NCBI GenBank assembly: GCA_963665115.1
Contig: OY762007.1
Coordinates: 8,128,001 to 8,192,000 of the forward strand
Length of the DNA: 64,000 bases
Direction: 5' to 3'
Source: an uncultured Rivularia sp.
GTDB lineage: Bacteria; Cyanobacteriota; Cyanobacteriia; Cyanobacteriales; Nostocaceae
The translations under genes were made by a program, and so were the position numbers. Position 1 is the first letter of the stretch, and every line of letters starts with the position of its first letter. The notes under the pieces are model-generated. The model saw only the letters and a list, made by a program, of their open reading frames with translations, was not told the origin of the DNA and ran no database searches. Shown piece after piece: positions 1 to 9,924 of this stretch.

Positions 1-504
1 GCCAGCCAAAACATTATCGAGGTCAATTTCTGCAACAGAATTCAACAACCAAGAAAGTTTTGTCGCAGAAAAGTAAGCGTCAATAACTAATCCAGTACGT
101 TGATAAACTTCTTCTCCCAAACCTTGATTTTGTAATTCATTGCAAAGAGAAGCAGTGCGCCGATCTTGCCATACAATTGCTTTATGTAAAGGCTTTCCAG
201 TATTTTTATCCCACAACAAACAAGTTTCTCGCTGAACGGTTAAACCAATAGCAGCTATTTGTGAAGGAGTAATTTGTGCTGTAGCGATCGCACTTTGCAT
301 TACTGAAATCGTAGCTTGCCAAATTTCTGCCGCATCATGTTCCAACCATCCCGGTTGAGGATAATATTGCTTGAGTTCGAGGTATGCTTGTCCGACAATT
401 TGACTTTTGGAATCAAACACAAAAGCACGATTTCCCGTAGTGCCTAAATCTAAAGCCAGAATATAACTTGGTTGTTGGTTCGTGTTGCCCCTACTCTGCA
501 TCAT
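1..504 (-). CDS. glpK: glycerol kinase, N-terminal part (runs off window start)
   Basis: Manual translation: MMQSRGNTNQQPSYILALDLGTTGNRAFVFD...YPQPGWLEHDA...IGLTVQRETCLLWDKNTG...AIVWQDRRT...DAYFSATK, typical FGGY/GlpK motifs. Not in the ORF track. Confidence 0.93.
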   Translation of the reverse strand, partial: MMQSRGNTNQQPSYILALDLGTTGNRAFVFDSKSQIVGQAYLELKQYYPQPGWLEHDAAEIWQATISVMQSAIATAQITPSQIAAIGLTVQRETCLLWDKNTGKPLHKAIVWQDRRTASLCNELQNQGLGEEVYQRTGLVIDAYFSATKLSWLLNSVAEIDLDNVLAG

Positions 505-669
505 ATTGATTTTAACTGCCAGCAAAGTCTATATAATCATGCCATAAAAAGAGAGTAGTGAGTAGAAAGTAGTGAGTAGAAAGTACTGAAAAGATACTGA
601 ATTATAATCATTGAAATTAATTTTTATAGTACGCTCAGCCGGTATGGCGGCTAGAAAATAGATTTTTTT

Positions 670-730
670 GGTAGTGCGAGCATCTTGCTCGCTGGTATCT
701 CCTGGTAGTGCGAGTAAGATGCCGCACTAC
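670..730. repeat. inverted pair of GTAG-type REP-like palindromes (GTAGTGCGAGCATCTTGCTCGC family)
   Basis: Same palindrome family recurs near 39790, 48898, 50360, 58775 and 58981-59030. Confidence 0.75.
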
Positions 731-902
731 TGGGAATTCCATAAAAAATAACGCAACTCTAATCAAGAATTGCGCCAAATACAGTCAAGAATATTTAAAG
801 AAAGAGAAATTTTTTTTATTCAGATATTTTGCTTCTACCAGCTAATTTTTGTTTGAAACAGATGAAGAGACGTAAAATTTGACGTCTCTACACTACTAGG
901 GA

Positions 903-2309
903 TTACTTCTTGTTGCGACGGCGACGACGTAACATCAAACCAGCACCAGTCACACCGAGAATCGCAGCCATGTTAGAAGCTTCAGGTACTGTTGCAGCTT
1001 GCGCGAACTTTGTAGGAGTGTTAGTCAAGTTACCTTCACCGAAGTCAACAACGAACACCGCATCGTTGTAATCCAAATCGCCACCGTTACGTAAATCTTC
1101 AAAGCCCATCATCAGATAATCTCTACCACCAGCATTGACTTCAAACGCCATCAAATGTTGTAAACCATCACTGTTGAGAGATTCATCTGCACCATAAATA
1201 TCGCCGTTTCTAGTTTTAGAACCACGTGCACCATCGGCTCTAAGTAAGAAGTTGAGTTGAGTACCGCCCTCAATTAAACCCAAGTCAACAAAGTCACCGA
1301 TATCTAAAGGAGCATTCTTCCCGTTATTCGACTGACAACCAGACTTACAAGAAACATCATCGAAAATCATTCCTTTCTCGTAATCGTCGCCTTTGGTTGC
1401 TTCGTAAGCTAATTCGTTTTTGTAACCAGCACCTTCATTAATGAACCAAACTTTTACATTGTGGTCGTGTTTCAAGAATAATTTATCTGCATCTAATTTT
1501 TGTGCGGCTACTTTCTCTGCTGCAATTTCTAATCTTTCCTTTTGTACTAATTTTTGGAATTCGGGGATTAAAGCATTGAAATCAGGATCTTCTAAGTGGT
1601 CTGTGATAGTGTGTTCTTTTGTCCAATTTCCCCATTCTTGAGAGACTACTACTTCATAATTTTTTTCTGCTTGTTTCTGAGCATTTATTAATTGCTTACC
1701 TTCTACCATCAATGAACTATATAGCTCATTGTTAGTGGCTCCATTTCTAGCCACATCAAGTTTGTTGTTGTATTCTTGTTTGACTTGTTCGTATTTTTGT
1801 TTCGCTTTATTAGCAGCATCAATATCGCTTTGCTGATTTGTTTTATCAGCTGCCTTTTTTAATTTACCATGTTCTTTTAATGCCTTATTGTAAGCACCTC
1901 TGGTATCTTTTAAACCTTTATCTCCAGATTTGTCTACAACTAGATTATTTAACTTGTCTTGATAGCTCTTCTCGGCATTTTGTAATTGATTTTCCGCTTC
2001 TTTAAGTTTTTCTTCGTTGATTTTACCGTTATTATATTTGGTTAATTGCTTCTGATAATTATTATTTTTAATGTTGTAAACATTCTTTTTCTTGTTCAAA
2101 TCATGGAAAGTTCCTGCTTTGCTTCTAGCTTGATCTCGTTCTTTCCTTGCTTCTTGTCTAGCCTCAGTAGCTTCTGCATTTTGAATCCCATCCATCATGT
2201 CAGATGGAGTTTGAATATCAGCAGCTTGTGCGGTTGCGGGTGCAACAAAAGCACTAGTTAAAGCAGCAGCAGCAAAAATACTCTTTACAACTTTCTTGTT
2301 ATCAACCAT
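903..2309 (-). CDS. PEP-CTERM sorting-domain surface protein with DUF4114-like C-terminal domain and Lys/Asn/Gln-rich coiled region
   Basis: Signal peptide after MVDNKK (ATG 2309 preferred); GFEDL..GGDLDYNDAVFVV motif; C-terminal VPE + hydrophobic helix + RRRRRNKK. Confidence 0.85.
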   Translation of the reverse strand: MVDNKKVVKSIFAAAALTSAFVAPATAQAADIQTPSDMMDGIQNAEATEARQEARKERDQARSKAGTFHDLNKKKNVYNIKNNNYQKQLTKYNNGKINEEKLKEAENQLQNAEKSYQDKLNNLVVDKSGDKGLKDTRGAYNKALKEHGKLKKAADKTNQQSDIDAANKAKQKYEQVKQEYNNKLDVARNGATNNELYSSLMVEGKQLINAQKQAEKNYEVVVSQEWGNWTKEHTITDHLEDPDFNALIPEFQKLVQKERLEIAAEKVAAQKLDADKLFLKHDHNVKVWFINEGAGYKNELAYEATKGDDYEKGMIFDDVSCKSGCQSNNGKNAPLDIGDFVDLGLIEGGTQLNFLLRADGARGSKTRNGDIYGADESLNSDGLQHLMAFEVNAGGRDYLMMGFEDLRNGGDLDYNDAVFVVDFGEGNLTNTPTKFAQAATVPEASNMAAILGVTGAGLMLRRRRRNKK

Positions 2310-2863
2310 GACTAAAAACCCTTCTCTTATTGCACTTTTAAATTTGAAAGAATCACTTATTACGTAGTGACTTTGTTTCGATATATACAAATTACCTCAG
2401 TACAACAGAAGGTGTCTATAGTAACTATTGACTTTCGCGGACTCTTTATAATTTTTGGCTGAAAAGAGGAAAAAAAGCCAATAAATGGACTTATAGGATG
2501 GGTAGCTAGGGATAAAAGATTCGGTAAACTCGTAGAATAAGACTTGTGTTCACCAAAAAAGTCCGATGGTTGATTTGTATTCTCAGTATTTATTTAAGTA
2601 AGAGACTGGTGAATATAACTATTTTATACTTTGAATCTCAAGTTTGTTTCAAAAGACTATTGGTTTGTGTAGTGAGTTTGAGGTGCTTGCTATTTTATCG
2701 AGATGTGTAGTAAGTGCGATTTGGGAAAATATTTCTTTTACCTTGCCTTATGAGGTGAAGCGGGAGAATTAAATTTCACATCTATATAGTTATATTCAAG
2801 CCGGGAAATGGGATTCCGGGTTGATGGCATTTGAATAATGGAAGTGTTTGCTTGTTACCTGAG

Positions 2864-2912
2864 TTTTTCCCTCATCCCCTAGCCCCTTCTCCCAAGATTG
2901 GGAGAAGGGGAA
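2864..2912. repeat. left ~49-bp palindromic repeat (CCCCTTCTCCCAAnnTTGGGAGAAGGGG core)
   Basis: Inverted partner at 3514-3562; related copy at ~31525-31590. Confidence 0.85.
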
Positions 2913-3112
2913 CAAGAAACTACTCCCTTCCCGCTCTAAAATGACCTATCTTTCTTTATTTATTTATTTCCTCTGCCTACTTTGCGTCTAGTAAAGTTTT
3001 TTAATCGGTAATCTTCTGCCAGTAAAGGAATAATTACCTCTGATAATATTGGAAGCAGCTTTTGACTGTGCATGTGGGCAGACTAAGTGAGATAGTTTAA
3101 ATCAGATATCTC

Positions 3113-3497
3113 ATGAACAAATCATTCCCCAGAATTCGAGGAAACCACACCTGAAATTGAAGCAGCTGCGATTGAATTACGCCGCGAACTTACCCCTACA
3201 GAAAAGCGACTTTGGCAAAATTTAAGAGCCAGAAAAATAGGTGGTTTAAAATTTCGCCGTCAGCATCCGCTAGGACGTTTTATTCTTGATTTTTACTGTT
3301 CTTGCTGCAAATTAGTTATCGAAGTAGATGGAGAAATTCACGACAATCAACAAGACTACGATAAGGAAAGGACAAAATACCTGCAAAGTTACGGTGATAC
3401 AATTTTGCGTTTCCAGAATCATGAGGTTATACAAAATTTAGACCAAGTATTACAGCAAATTTTGCAAACAGCATTAGCGCTTTCCGAATCGGATTAG
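3113..3497 (+). CDS. DUF559 / Vsr-like (PD-(D/E)xK) endonuclease, apparent +1 frameshift at 3142-3144
   Basis: Removing one A gives MNKSFPRIRGTTPEIEAAAIELRRELTPTEKRLWQNLR...GLKFRRQHPLGRFILDFYC...KLVIEVDGEIH...DKERTKYLQSYG..ILRF. Span is 3n+1. Confidence 0.85.
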
Positions 3498-3513
3498 TTT
3501 CTTTATGCTCAAA

Positions 3514-3562
3514 TTCCCCTTCTCCCAAACTTGGGAGAAGGAGTTAGGGGATAAGGGAGAAA
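3514..3562. repeat. right ~49-bp palindromic repeat, inverted relative to 2864-2912
   Basis: Reverse complement tttctcccttatcccctaactccttctcccaagtttgggagaaggggaa vs left tttttccctcatcccctagccccttctcccaagattgggagaaggggaa. Confidence 0.85.
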
Positions 3563-3675
3563 TGTTGGTAAAACTAACAAGTCTATTCCAGATAATTAGT
3601 AAGATATTCATTTGTCAACGCGGTCAAATAACGTGACAAACGACAACAAGCTATTCTCAACTATTCTTCAAACAA

Positions 3676-3749
<74 letters not shown>

Positions 3750-3868
3750 GAAGCTACATTTATATAACATATATTTTGCAATGAATGCAAGTTTTTCGAG
3801 CAATTGGTTTTCTGCACAGTAAGAGAGACGTAGCAATACGCCCCGTCTCTACATACATTATCAGTTGT

Positions 3869-5185
3869 TTATTTGTTCAGTTGCTTCTGGATTGATGATA
3901 TTAGTTCTTTTGCTCTTGGATAAGATGTTGTTCCTGACTGCACGGTTTTCAATTTACTGAGAATTGTCCGTAATTTGGCTTTGTACTCGTTAACTTCTGA
4001 TGGAGGATTGGCAATAAACCTTTCGATTTGCGCTTCTGCTTGATTGAGAATTTTCTGCGATTCTCTTTCTGCTTGGAGTCGAGTTTGGATGATTCCTTGG
4101 TTGCTTTGGTATTTAGCTAATAATTTCTGGGCTTCTAGATAATTGGGATTTGTCACCTCAACATGAAGCAATCGCTTGATAGCTTCTAGCCATAGCTTTT
4201 CAACTTGCTCCCATTTATAAGTTGGATGGGGTGGATTTTGCGATGCTTGTGCTGCTTGCATGGCAAATACTTTTGCTGCTTCAATTAAATTACTCGAAAC
4301 ACCACTTTTCCCATCTGTAACAATCCTCTTAGCTAAATCGGGTTTGGAAGCTTTAATTATAGTCAAAGCTTTTTTGCCAGCCAAGGTTTCTCTAGGAATT
4401 TGTTCAAGTGTAATCATCGCGGTTTGCATCTGGGCTACAGCCTTTTCTTTTTCAACGGCATTTTTAGCTTGTTGATATTGCTGCTTGGCGGCTTGTAGAG
4501 TTTCTTCTGCTTGAAGAAGCGACTCAAAAGCATTTTTTTCTTGAAAGGCTTTAGCATCTATTCTTGCAACTCGACGACGTGCTGTTTCAAATTCATCAAA
4601 AGTAAATTTCCAACTACACCCAAATAAGCCGCAATAAGCTTGAGGATAATAACCCAAAAACCAAACGGGTAAATTATCTAAACTTTGTTGTGCTTGTTTA
4701 ACTTTGTCGCTACCTTGCTTAATATCTTCTAAACTCGTAGCTTTATTTATCAATTGATCTGCTTGCTCGGTATTCTTAATTGCTCCACGATAGCTATTAT
4801 CCATACTGATATAAGAAGGTAAAAGCAGCAATGGTGCTTTTTCAGCTACGGGTTTGCGAATCATCGGGTACGGTAAATTAACTAACCATATTGCACCGCA
4901 AATACCTGCTGCAACCATTGCTATCCATTTTAAATCGCTGAAAATTCCCGGCGGTTGATTCGCTTTTGCGGCTTGCTTTAAAGCTTTTTCGCTAAATTCT
5001 GGAAATACATCTACAACTAATAAAAGCAATTCCTCAAAAGTTGCTGGAGAGCCTTTTTCTCTACGCAGCTTTTCAAAACGCTTAGCTACAATTTGTCTTT
5101 CGGTTCTACCAATATCATTATTAGAACCACAATTAAGCAATTCTGAACGTAAAATTTTAAATGCGGAATCATTAAGACGATACAT
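3869..5185 (-). CDS. conserved cyanobacterial hypothetical membrane-anchored helical protein
   Basis: 438-aa ORF, one TM segment (NLPYPMIR..VA motif follows), helical TPR-like C-terminus. Confidence 0.75.
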   Translation of the reverse strand: MYRLNDSAFKILRSELLNCGSNNDIGRTERQIVAKRFEKLRREKGSPATFEELLLLVVDVFPEFSEKALKQAAKANQPPGIFSDLKWIAMVAAGICGAIWLVNLPYPMIRKPVAEKAPLLLLPSYISMDNSYRGAIKNTEQADQLINKATSLEDIKQGSDKVKQAQQSLDNLPVWFLGYYPQAYCGLFGCSWKFTFDEFETARRRVARIDAKAFQEKNAFESLLQAEETLQAAKQQYQQAKNAVEKEKAVAQMQTAMITLEQIPRETLAGKKALTIIKASKPDLAKRIVTDGKSGVSSNLIEAAKVFAMQAAQASQNPPHPTYKWEQVEKLWLEAIKRLLHVEVTNPNYLEAQKLLAKYQSNQGIIQTRLQAERESQKILNQAEAQIERFIANPPSEVNEYKAKLRTILSKLKTVQSGTTSYPRAKELISSIQKQLNK

Positions 5186-5270
5186 GATTTTATGGTTAAT
5201 TTAAAATGTTGATTTGAAATGTTAAGTATTAAAAGTGAGGATTTATTCGTTCATAATTCCTGAATAAACG

Positions 5271-5534
5271 CTATTTTGTTTGAGCTATTTTCTCGTAATA
5301 ACGCTTATACACCTTTAATTTTGCTTCTGCTTTTATATGAGCTAAGGTTTCTGGAGGAATTGCCTCTACAGCACGCAACTCATTTAATTTTGCACGTTTC
5401 CCAACTTTCGATCGCAGTTGCTTTAAACGCTGAAGCACTATTTGCTGCTTTTGCAAACCTTGCTTCTCATTAAGACTACATACTTCAACCTCCGTACATA
5501 ATATTTCAAATGCATTGTTATCAAGACGGTACAT
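5271..5534 (-). pseudogene. internally deleted paralog of the 3869-5185 gene
   Basis: MYRLDNNAFEIL vs MYRLNDSAFKIL; then jumps to EAIPPETLA vs EQIPRETLA about 200 residues further on in the paralog. Confidence 0.6.
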
Positions 5535-5670
5535 CCAATCACCCTGTTACTCTTACTATGATTATTCCCATCTTGGATGTAATAATTACACCTGTGTTTT
5601 TTTAGGTTAATAAAGTAAGGGGATGGAGAGACAAGGGGTAGGCTACTGTAAGTTAAAATCTGTCCATAGC

Positions 5671-5700
5671 TGGACAAAGCTACCGAAATGTCCGTATAAT
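5671..5700 (+). promoter_or_regulatory. sigma70-type promoter of IS607 tnpA
   Basis: TGGACA-18 nt-TATAAT, 27 nt upstream of the ATG. Confidence 0.6.
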
Positions 5701-5727
5701 TAGTTGTAGTAATTTACAGTAATTTAT

Positions 5728-6363
5728 ATGGACAGTAATCAAGAAGAAATGACCGTTAGTATCGGAGAGGCAGCAGAAAAGTTAGGCGTATCAGTTAAAA
5801 CTGTTAGAAGATGGTCTGATGCAGGGAAGATTCGCTCAGACAGGTCGCCAAGTGGGCATAGAAGGTTTTATATTTCAGACATCTTAAGTATTGCATCAAA
5901 ATCCGTTAAGGAAGAAAGGCTAACTCTTAACTACGCAAGAGTTTCAAGTCACGACCAAAAAGAAGACTTGATTAGACAAGCTGAAGTTTTAGAACAATTT
6001 TGCGCTGCTAAAGGCTGGGAATACGAAACCATTCAAGACCTTGGTAGTGGATTGAACTACAAAAAGAAAGGTCTTAGAAAACTTTTAAAACTAATACTTA
6101 CTAATCAAGTTGAAAGATTGGTGGTTACTCATAAAGATAGATTGCTTCGTTTTGGTGCGGAGTTAGTTTTTATGATGTGCGAAGAATTCAATACCGAAGT
6201 TGTTATAATCAACAAGACCAAAGAAGAAAGGTCATTTGAGAGCGAGCTAGTTACAGATATGATTGAGCTTGTAACCATGTTCTCTGCTAGGTTGTACGGC
6301 TCTAGAAGCAATAAAAATAAAAAGATTGTTGATAGGGTGGTCAAATCTGTACAAAAGGTTTGA
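5728..6363 (+). CDS. tnpA: IS607 transposase (MerR-type HTH + serine recombinase)
   Basis: SIGEAAEKLGVSVKTVRRW, GHRRF, YARVSS..QK.DL.RQ, DLGSGLNY, KDRLLRFG, FSARLYG.RS. Confidence 0.95.
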   Translation: MDSNQEEMTVSIGEAAEKLGVSVKTVRRWSDAGKIRSDRSPSGHRRFYISDILSIASKSVKEERLTLNYARVSSHDQKEDLIRQAEVLEQFCAAKGWEYETIQDLGSGLNYKKKGLRKLLKLILTNQVERLVVTHKDRLLRFGAELVFMMCEEFNTEVVIINKTKEERSFESELVTDMIELVTMFSARLYGSRSNKNKKIVDRVVKSVQKV

Positions 6364-6465
6364 AATAAATCGAATAAATATATTGGCATCGTGCAGATAT
6401 GGGCATATATTTGAGAAGTAATCAAGCATTGAGGTCGTTAGCGCAGCGTCACCGGAGGTGATACA

Positions 6466-7794
6466 ATGTTACTTTGCATTAAAGTTGAGTTAAAACCAAA
6501 TAACAAACAAGTTACACAGTTTCGCAAAGCTTCTGGAGTAGCACGTCATGCTTATAACTGGGCTAATGCGACAATTAACGAAGTATTGAAGCTGCGTGAA
6601 GCCGATAAAACAGTTAAAGTTCCATCAGCTATTGACTTGCATAAAAAGTTAGTAGCTGAAGTTAAATCTGTTAATGATTGGTATTATGAAATTAATAAAA
6701 ACGTTCCACAACAAGCATTAAAAGAATTGCGTACAGCATGGGATAGATGCTTTAAAAAAGTTGCTAAACAACCTAGATTCAAAAAGAAAGGTCAACGCGA
6801 TTCATTCTATTTAGAATCTGGTAGTAAAGCATCGCCCAAGATAAAAAATGACGGTAAGCGCGTTAAATTACCTTCTATTGGTTGGGTAAGATTAGCTGAG
6901 CCTCTACCTGTTAGTGCTACTCATAACTGTGTAATTTCTCGCATTGCTGATAAGTGGTTTATTGCTATCAAACATGAGATTGAAAAACCATCTTTTGAGG
7001 TTGATAGACCGACTGTAGGCGTTGATATTGGGATTAAAGAGTTAGCTGTTTGCTCAAACGGTAAAGTATTCAAAAACCCGAAAGCTTACCGCAGAATGAG
7101 TAAGCGTATGAAACGTTTACAACGCAGTGTGAGTAAGAAACCTATTAGTTCTAATAACCGTAGAAAAGCTGTTTCTAAGCTAGCCAAATTACACGCAAAA
7201 ATAGCAAATATTCGTGAAGATGCTATTCATAAATTGACTAACTATCTTGCTAAAAACCACAGCATTATTAAGATAGAAGATTTGCATATCAAGGCATTTT
7301 TGAAAAACCACAAGTTAGCAGGTGCAATTTATGATTGTGGAATGTACGAATTTAAGCGTCAATTAAAATATAAAACTGAAAAGTTTTCTAGTCAGTTAAT
7401 CCTAGTTGATAGGATGTTTCCTAGTTCTCAGATTTGCTCTAATTGCGGTAATCATCGTCATAAGATGCCATTGAAAAACCGCGTTTATACCTGTCCCGAT
7501 TGTGGTCACACGGAGGACAGAGATTTAAACGCAGCTAAGAATATAGACCGATGGTTTGAGAATATTTTTATTCCTGTAGCGCAGCGTGACGACGCAGGAG
7601 TCATACGGTCAGAAACGGTAAGTTCTACCGAGATTGCCTGTGGAGCAGACAAACCTCTTAGAAGTCAACGCCACTTGCTACAACCGGGGGAACCCCGGCA
7701 ACGCAGTCGCTCTTCTAAGACTGTGATGAAGCAGGAAGTTAACACCAAAACTACTTTTGTCCAGTTAAGTCTAGATTTGGGTAGTTTTGGGTAA
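6466..7794 (+). CDS. tnpB: RNA-guided endonuclease TnpB (IS607-associated)
   Basis: RuvC motifs GVDIG / IEDL / DRDLNAA intact; Zn finger CSNCG...CPDC; PRFKKKG. Confidence 0.95.
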   Translation: MLLCIKVELKPNNKQVTQFRKASGVARHAYNWANATINEVLKLREADKTVKVPSAIDLHKKLVAEVKSVNDWYYEINKNVPQQALKELRTAWDRCFKKVAKQPRFKKKGQRDSFYLESGSKASPKIKNDGKRVKLPSIGWVRLAEPLPVSATHNCVISRIADKWFIAIKHEIEKPSFEVDRPTVGVDIGIKELAVCSNGKVFKNPKAYRRMSKRMKRLQRSVSKKPISSNNRRKAVSKLAKLHAKIANIREDAIHKLTNYLAKNHSIIKIEDLHIKAFLKNHKLAGAIYDCGMYEFKRQLKYKTEKFSSQLILVDRMFPSSQICSNCGNHRHKMPLKNRVYTCPDCGHTEDRDLNAAKNIDRWFENIFIPVAQRDDAGVIRSETVSSTEIACGADKPLRSQRHLLQPGEPRQRSRSSKTVMKQEVNTKTTFVQLSLDLGSFG

Positions 7795-7942
7795 GTTTAA
7801 TAGAACGGTTAGATAACTACTCCATGAACTATGCCCAATACCCAATGCCCTATTCCTTGTTATATGACTTTGGATAGGTAAAACTAAGTGCCAATTATTG
7901 CTAGCATTTGTAGGTTAGTTAACAAATTTATTATTAATAAAA

Positions 7943-8719
7943 ATGCCTACAGCCTTAATTACTGGTGCTTCTGGTGGAATTGGTAAATGCTTTGCCCAAA
8001 AACTTGCCGCAAAAAATACGAACCTTATTATTGTTGCTCGTTCAGAAGATAAGCTTAATGCTCTTGCTCAAGCATTACAGCAGCAATACAAAATTAATGT
8101 AGAGGTTATTGTCAAAGATTTAACTGAAGCATCAGCAGCGCGGGAAGTGTTTGACGCTACCCAAGCGAAAGGATTGACCGTTGATTTACTGATCAATAAT
8201 GCAGGCTTTGGTGACTATGGTGAATTTGCTCAAACCGATGGCGATCGCCAAATCCAAATGATCCAACTAAATAATGTAGTGCTAGTTGATTTAACTCACA
8301 AGTTTTTACCACAAATGCGCGAAAGAGGTTCGGGAAGCATTATTAACGTATCGTCAATTGCAGCATTCCAACCAATACCATATCTTTCAGTTTACGCAGC
8401 AAGTAAAGCCTTCGTTCGCAGCTTTAGTGAAGCATTATGGGCCGAAAACCGTCAATATGGAGTAAGAGTTTTAGTAGTTTCTCCCGGCCCTACCGAAACA
8501 AACTTTTTCGAGGAAGCTAACTTTCCTCCCGCTTTAGCACGTAACGCAAAAAGTATGTCTACTCCCGAAGAAGTAGTAGACGAAGCTATGAAAGCACTAG
8601 AAAATGGAAACGCTGCTGTAGTAGTCGGTGGAATTGTATCTAAATTTATCACCACCTTATCCAATATAGTTCCTAGAGAAACTTTATTGAATGTATTAGA
8701 AAAGCAGTTTAAAGCTTAG
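7943..8719 (+). CDS. short-chain dehydrogenase/reductase
   Basis: TGASGGIG, NNAG, YAASK. Confidence 0.95.
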   Translation: MPTALITGASGGIGKCFAQKLAAKNTNLIIVARSEDKLNALAQALQQQYKINVEVIVKDLTEASAAREVFDATQAKGLTVDLLINNAGFGDYGEFAQTDGDRQIQMIQLNNVVLVDLTHKFLPQMRERGSGSIINVSSIAAFQPIPYLSVYAASKAFVRSFSEALWAENRQYGVRVLVVSPGPTETNFFEEANFPPALARNAKSMSTPEEVVDEAMKALENGNAAVVVGGIVSKFITTLSNIVPRETLLNVLEKQFKA

Positions 8720-8958
8720 AATCTTAAAGTTCGTAGTCAGTGGCTCTAGCCCTCAAATCAAAGACTAAAATTGTAGGTTGGATTAGATACGAAAACCAAG
8801 TAGCTTGATTAACGACAATATTTATTTATCCTGTCGTAGCCCAACATCATTTATGCAAAATAATCAAAGTTCGTAGTCATAACCCAATATTAGTTATGCA
8901 AAAGGGCTAAAGCCCTTACTACGAACCGTCAGGCAAATTATAAAATTAAACTGCTCAC

Positions 8959-8997
8959 TATTACCAATTACCAATTACCAATTACCAATTACCAATT
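8959..8997. repeat. STRR heptamer tandem repeat (ATTACCA)n
   Basis: About five units; similar arrays at ~10585-10655, 27150-27170, 39035-39075 and 48220-48260. Confidence 0.85.
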
Positions 8998-9775
8998 AAA
9001 CAAATTTCGTCAAACTCATCCGATAACGCTCTTTCTTAGTAACCGCAATTTCTCCAACTTCCAAACGCCCTTTACCGCGAATTGCAATCAAATCACCAGT
9101 TTTAATTTGATGAGAAGCTTGCTTGATATCTTTCCAATTAACCCGCACGTCACCAGCATTAATTAAATCAACCATTTTACTGCGAGACATTCCAAAACCA
9201 GCAGAAGCAATTGCATCCAATCTTAAAGATGCTTCCACCGTGGTTAATTCTTTTTTCTTCGGTTCTCTTACTTTTAATAGACTAAAATCCATCCTTTGAG
9301 TCTTGACAGGAACCGAACGTACCTGAGTCAAACTTGTTTCAAGAAAATCAACCAATTCCGGAACGACAACTATTTGCGCTCCACGTTCGCCAAGTACAAT
9401 AATATCGCCAGTTTTCTCGCGTACAATTCCCGTTCCCAACATCGCACCCAAAAAATCGCGGTGGTTAGCAGTATCAAACAGGAAATTACCAGCAACATTC
9501 AAAGCAACAAGTTCAACTTGCGATTCATCCAAAGGAAGTTCGCTGCGTGCGATCGCAATTCTTTTTCGTTCAGCTTGCGGATATCCACCCCACGCTAACA
9601 ACTCAACTTCAGTTAACCGACTAAAACTTTGAATCGCTTCTGCCAACTCCGGTGGTGATAAAAAGTCAGTAAAAACCACTTCCCAAGTTCTAATCGCTTG
9701 CTCGGCACAATCAATCACACGCGCTACAGTATCTCGATTTTCAACGTTCTTTAAAAGTTCTTCTCTTGGCAACAT
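8996..9775 (-). CDS. photosystem II S4-domain / YlmH-type RNA-binding protein
   Basis: GGYPQAER, HRDFLGA, S4 motif SLRLDAIASAGFGMSR...GDLIAIRGKGR. Confidence 0.92.
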   Translation of the reverse strand: MLPREELLKNVENRDTVARVIDCAEQAIRTWEVVFTDFLSPPELAEAIQSFSRLTEVELLAWGGYPQAERKRIAIARSELPLDESQVELVALNVAGNFLFDTANHRDFLGAMLGTGIVREKTGDIIVLGERGAQIVVVPELVDFLETSLTQVRSVPVKTQRMDFSLLKVREPKKKELTTVEASLRLDAIASAGFGMSRSKMVDLINAGDVRVNWKDIKQASHQIKTGDLIAIRGKGRLEVGEIAVTKKERYRMSLTKFV

Positions 9776-9924
9776 TTCGATAAAGTTAGTTGTTAGTTGT
9801 TAGTTGTTAGTGGCTAGGAGTTAAATTTTATTGTAAATTTTTTATTCATAATTTTCTGCCATATTCGGAATATATTTTCCTCCCCAATGCCCAATGCCCT
9901 ATCCCCAATTAACAATTACCAATC

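Larger units (their letters stand above)
5641..7808 (+). mobile_element. IS607-family element (tnpA serine recombinase + tnpB)
   Basis: Gene pair; both putative ends at a GG dinucleotide (GG-CTACTGTAAG... / ...TAGAAC-GG); short TGTCC/GGACA motifs near both ends. Exact ends are inferred. Confidence 0.85.

Noticed and set aside
284..291. HIP1 GCGATCGC abundance
   Set aside because: Well-known genome-wide cyanobacterial feature; used only as a taxonomic clue.
5641..7808. IStron (group I intron-IS607 chimera)
   Set aside because: Only ~90 bp precede tnpA, leaving no room for a ribozyme core, and the site is intergenic.
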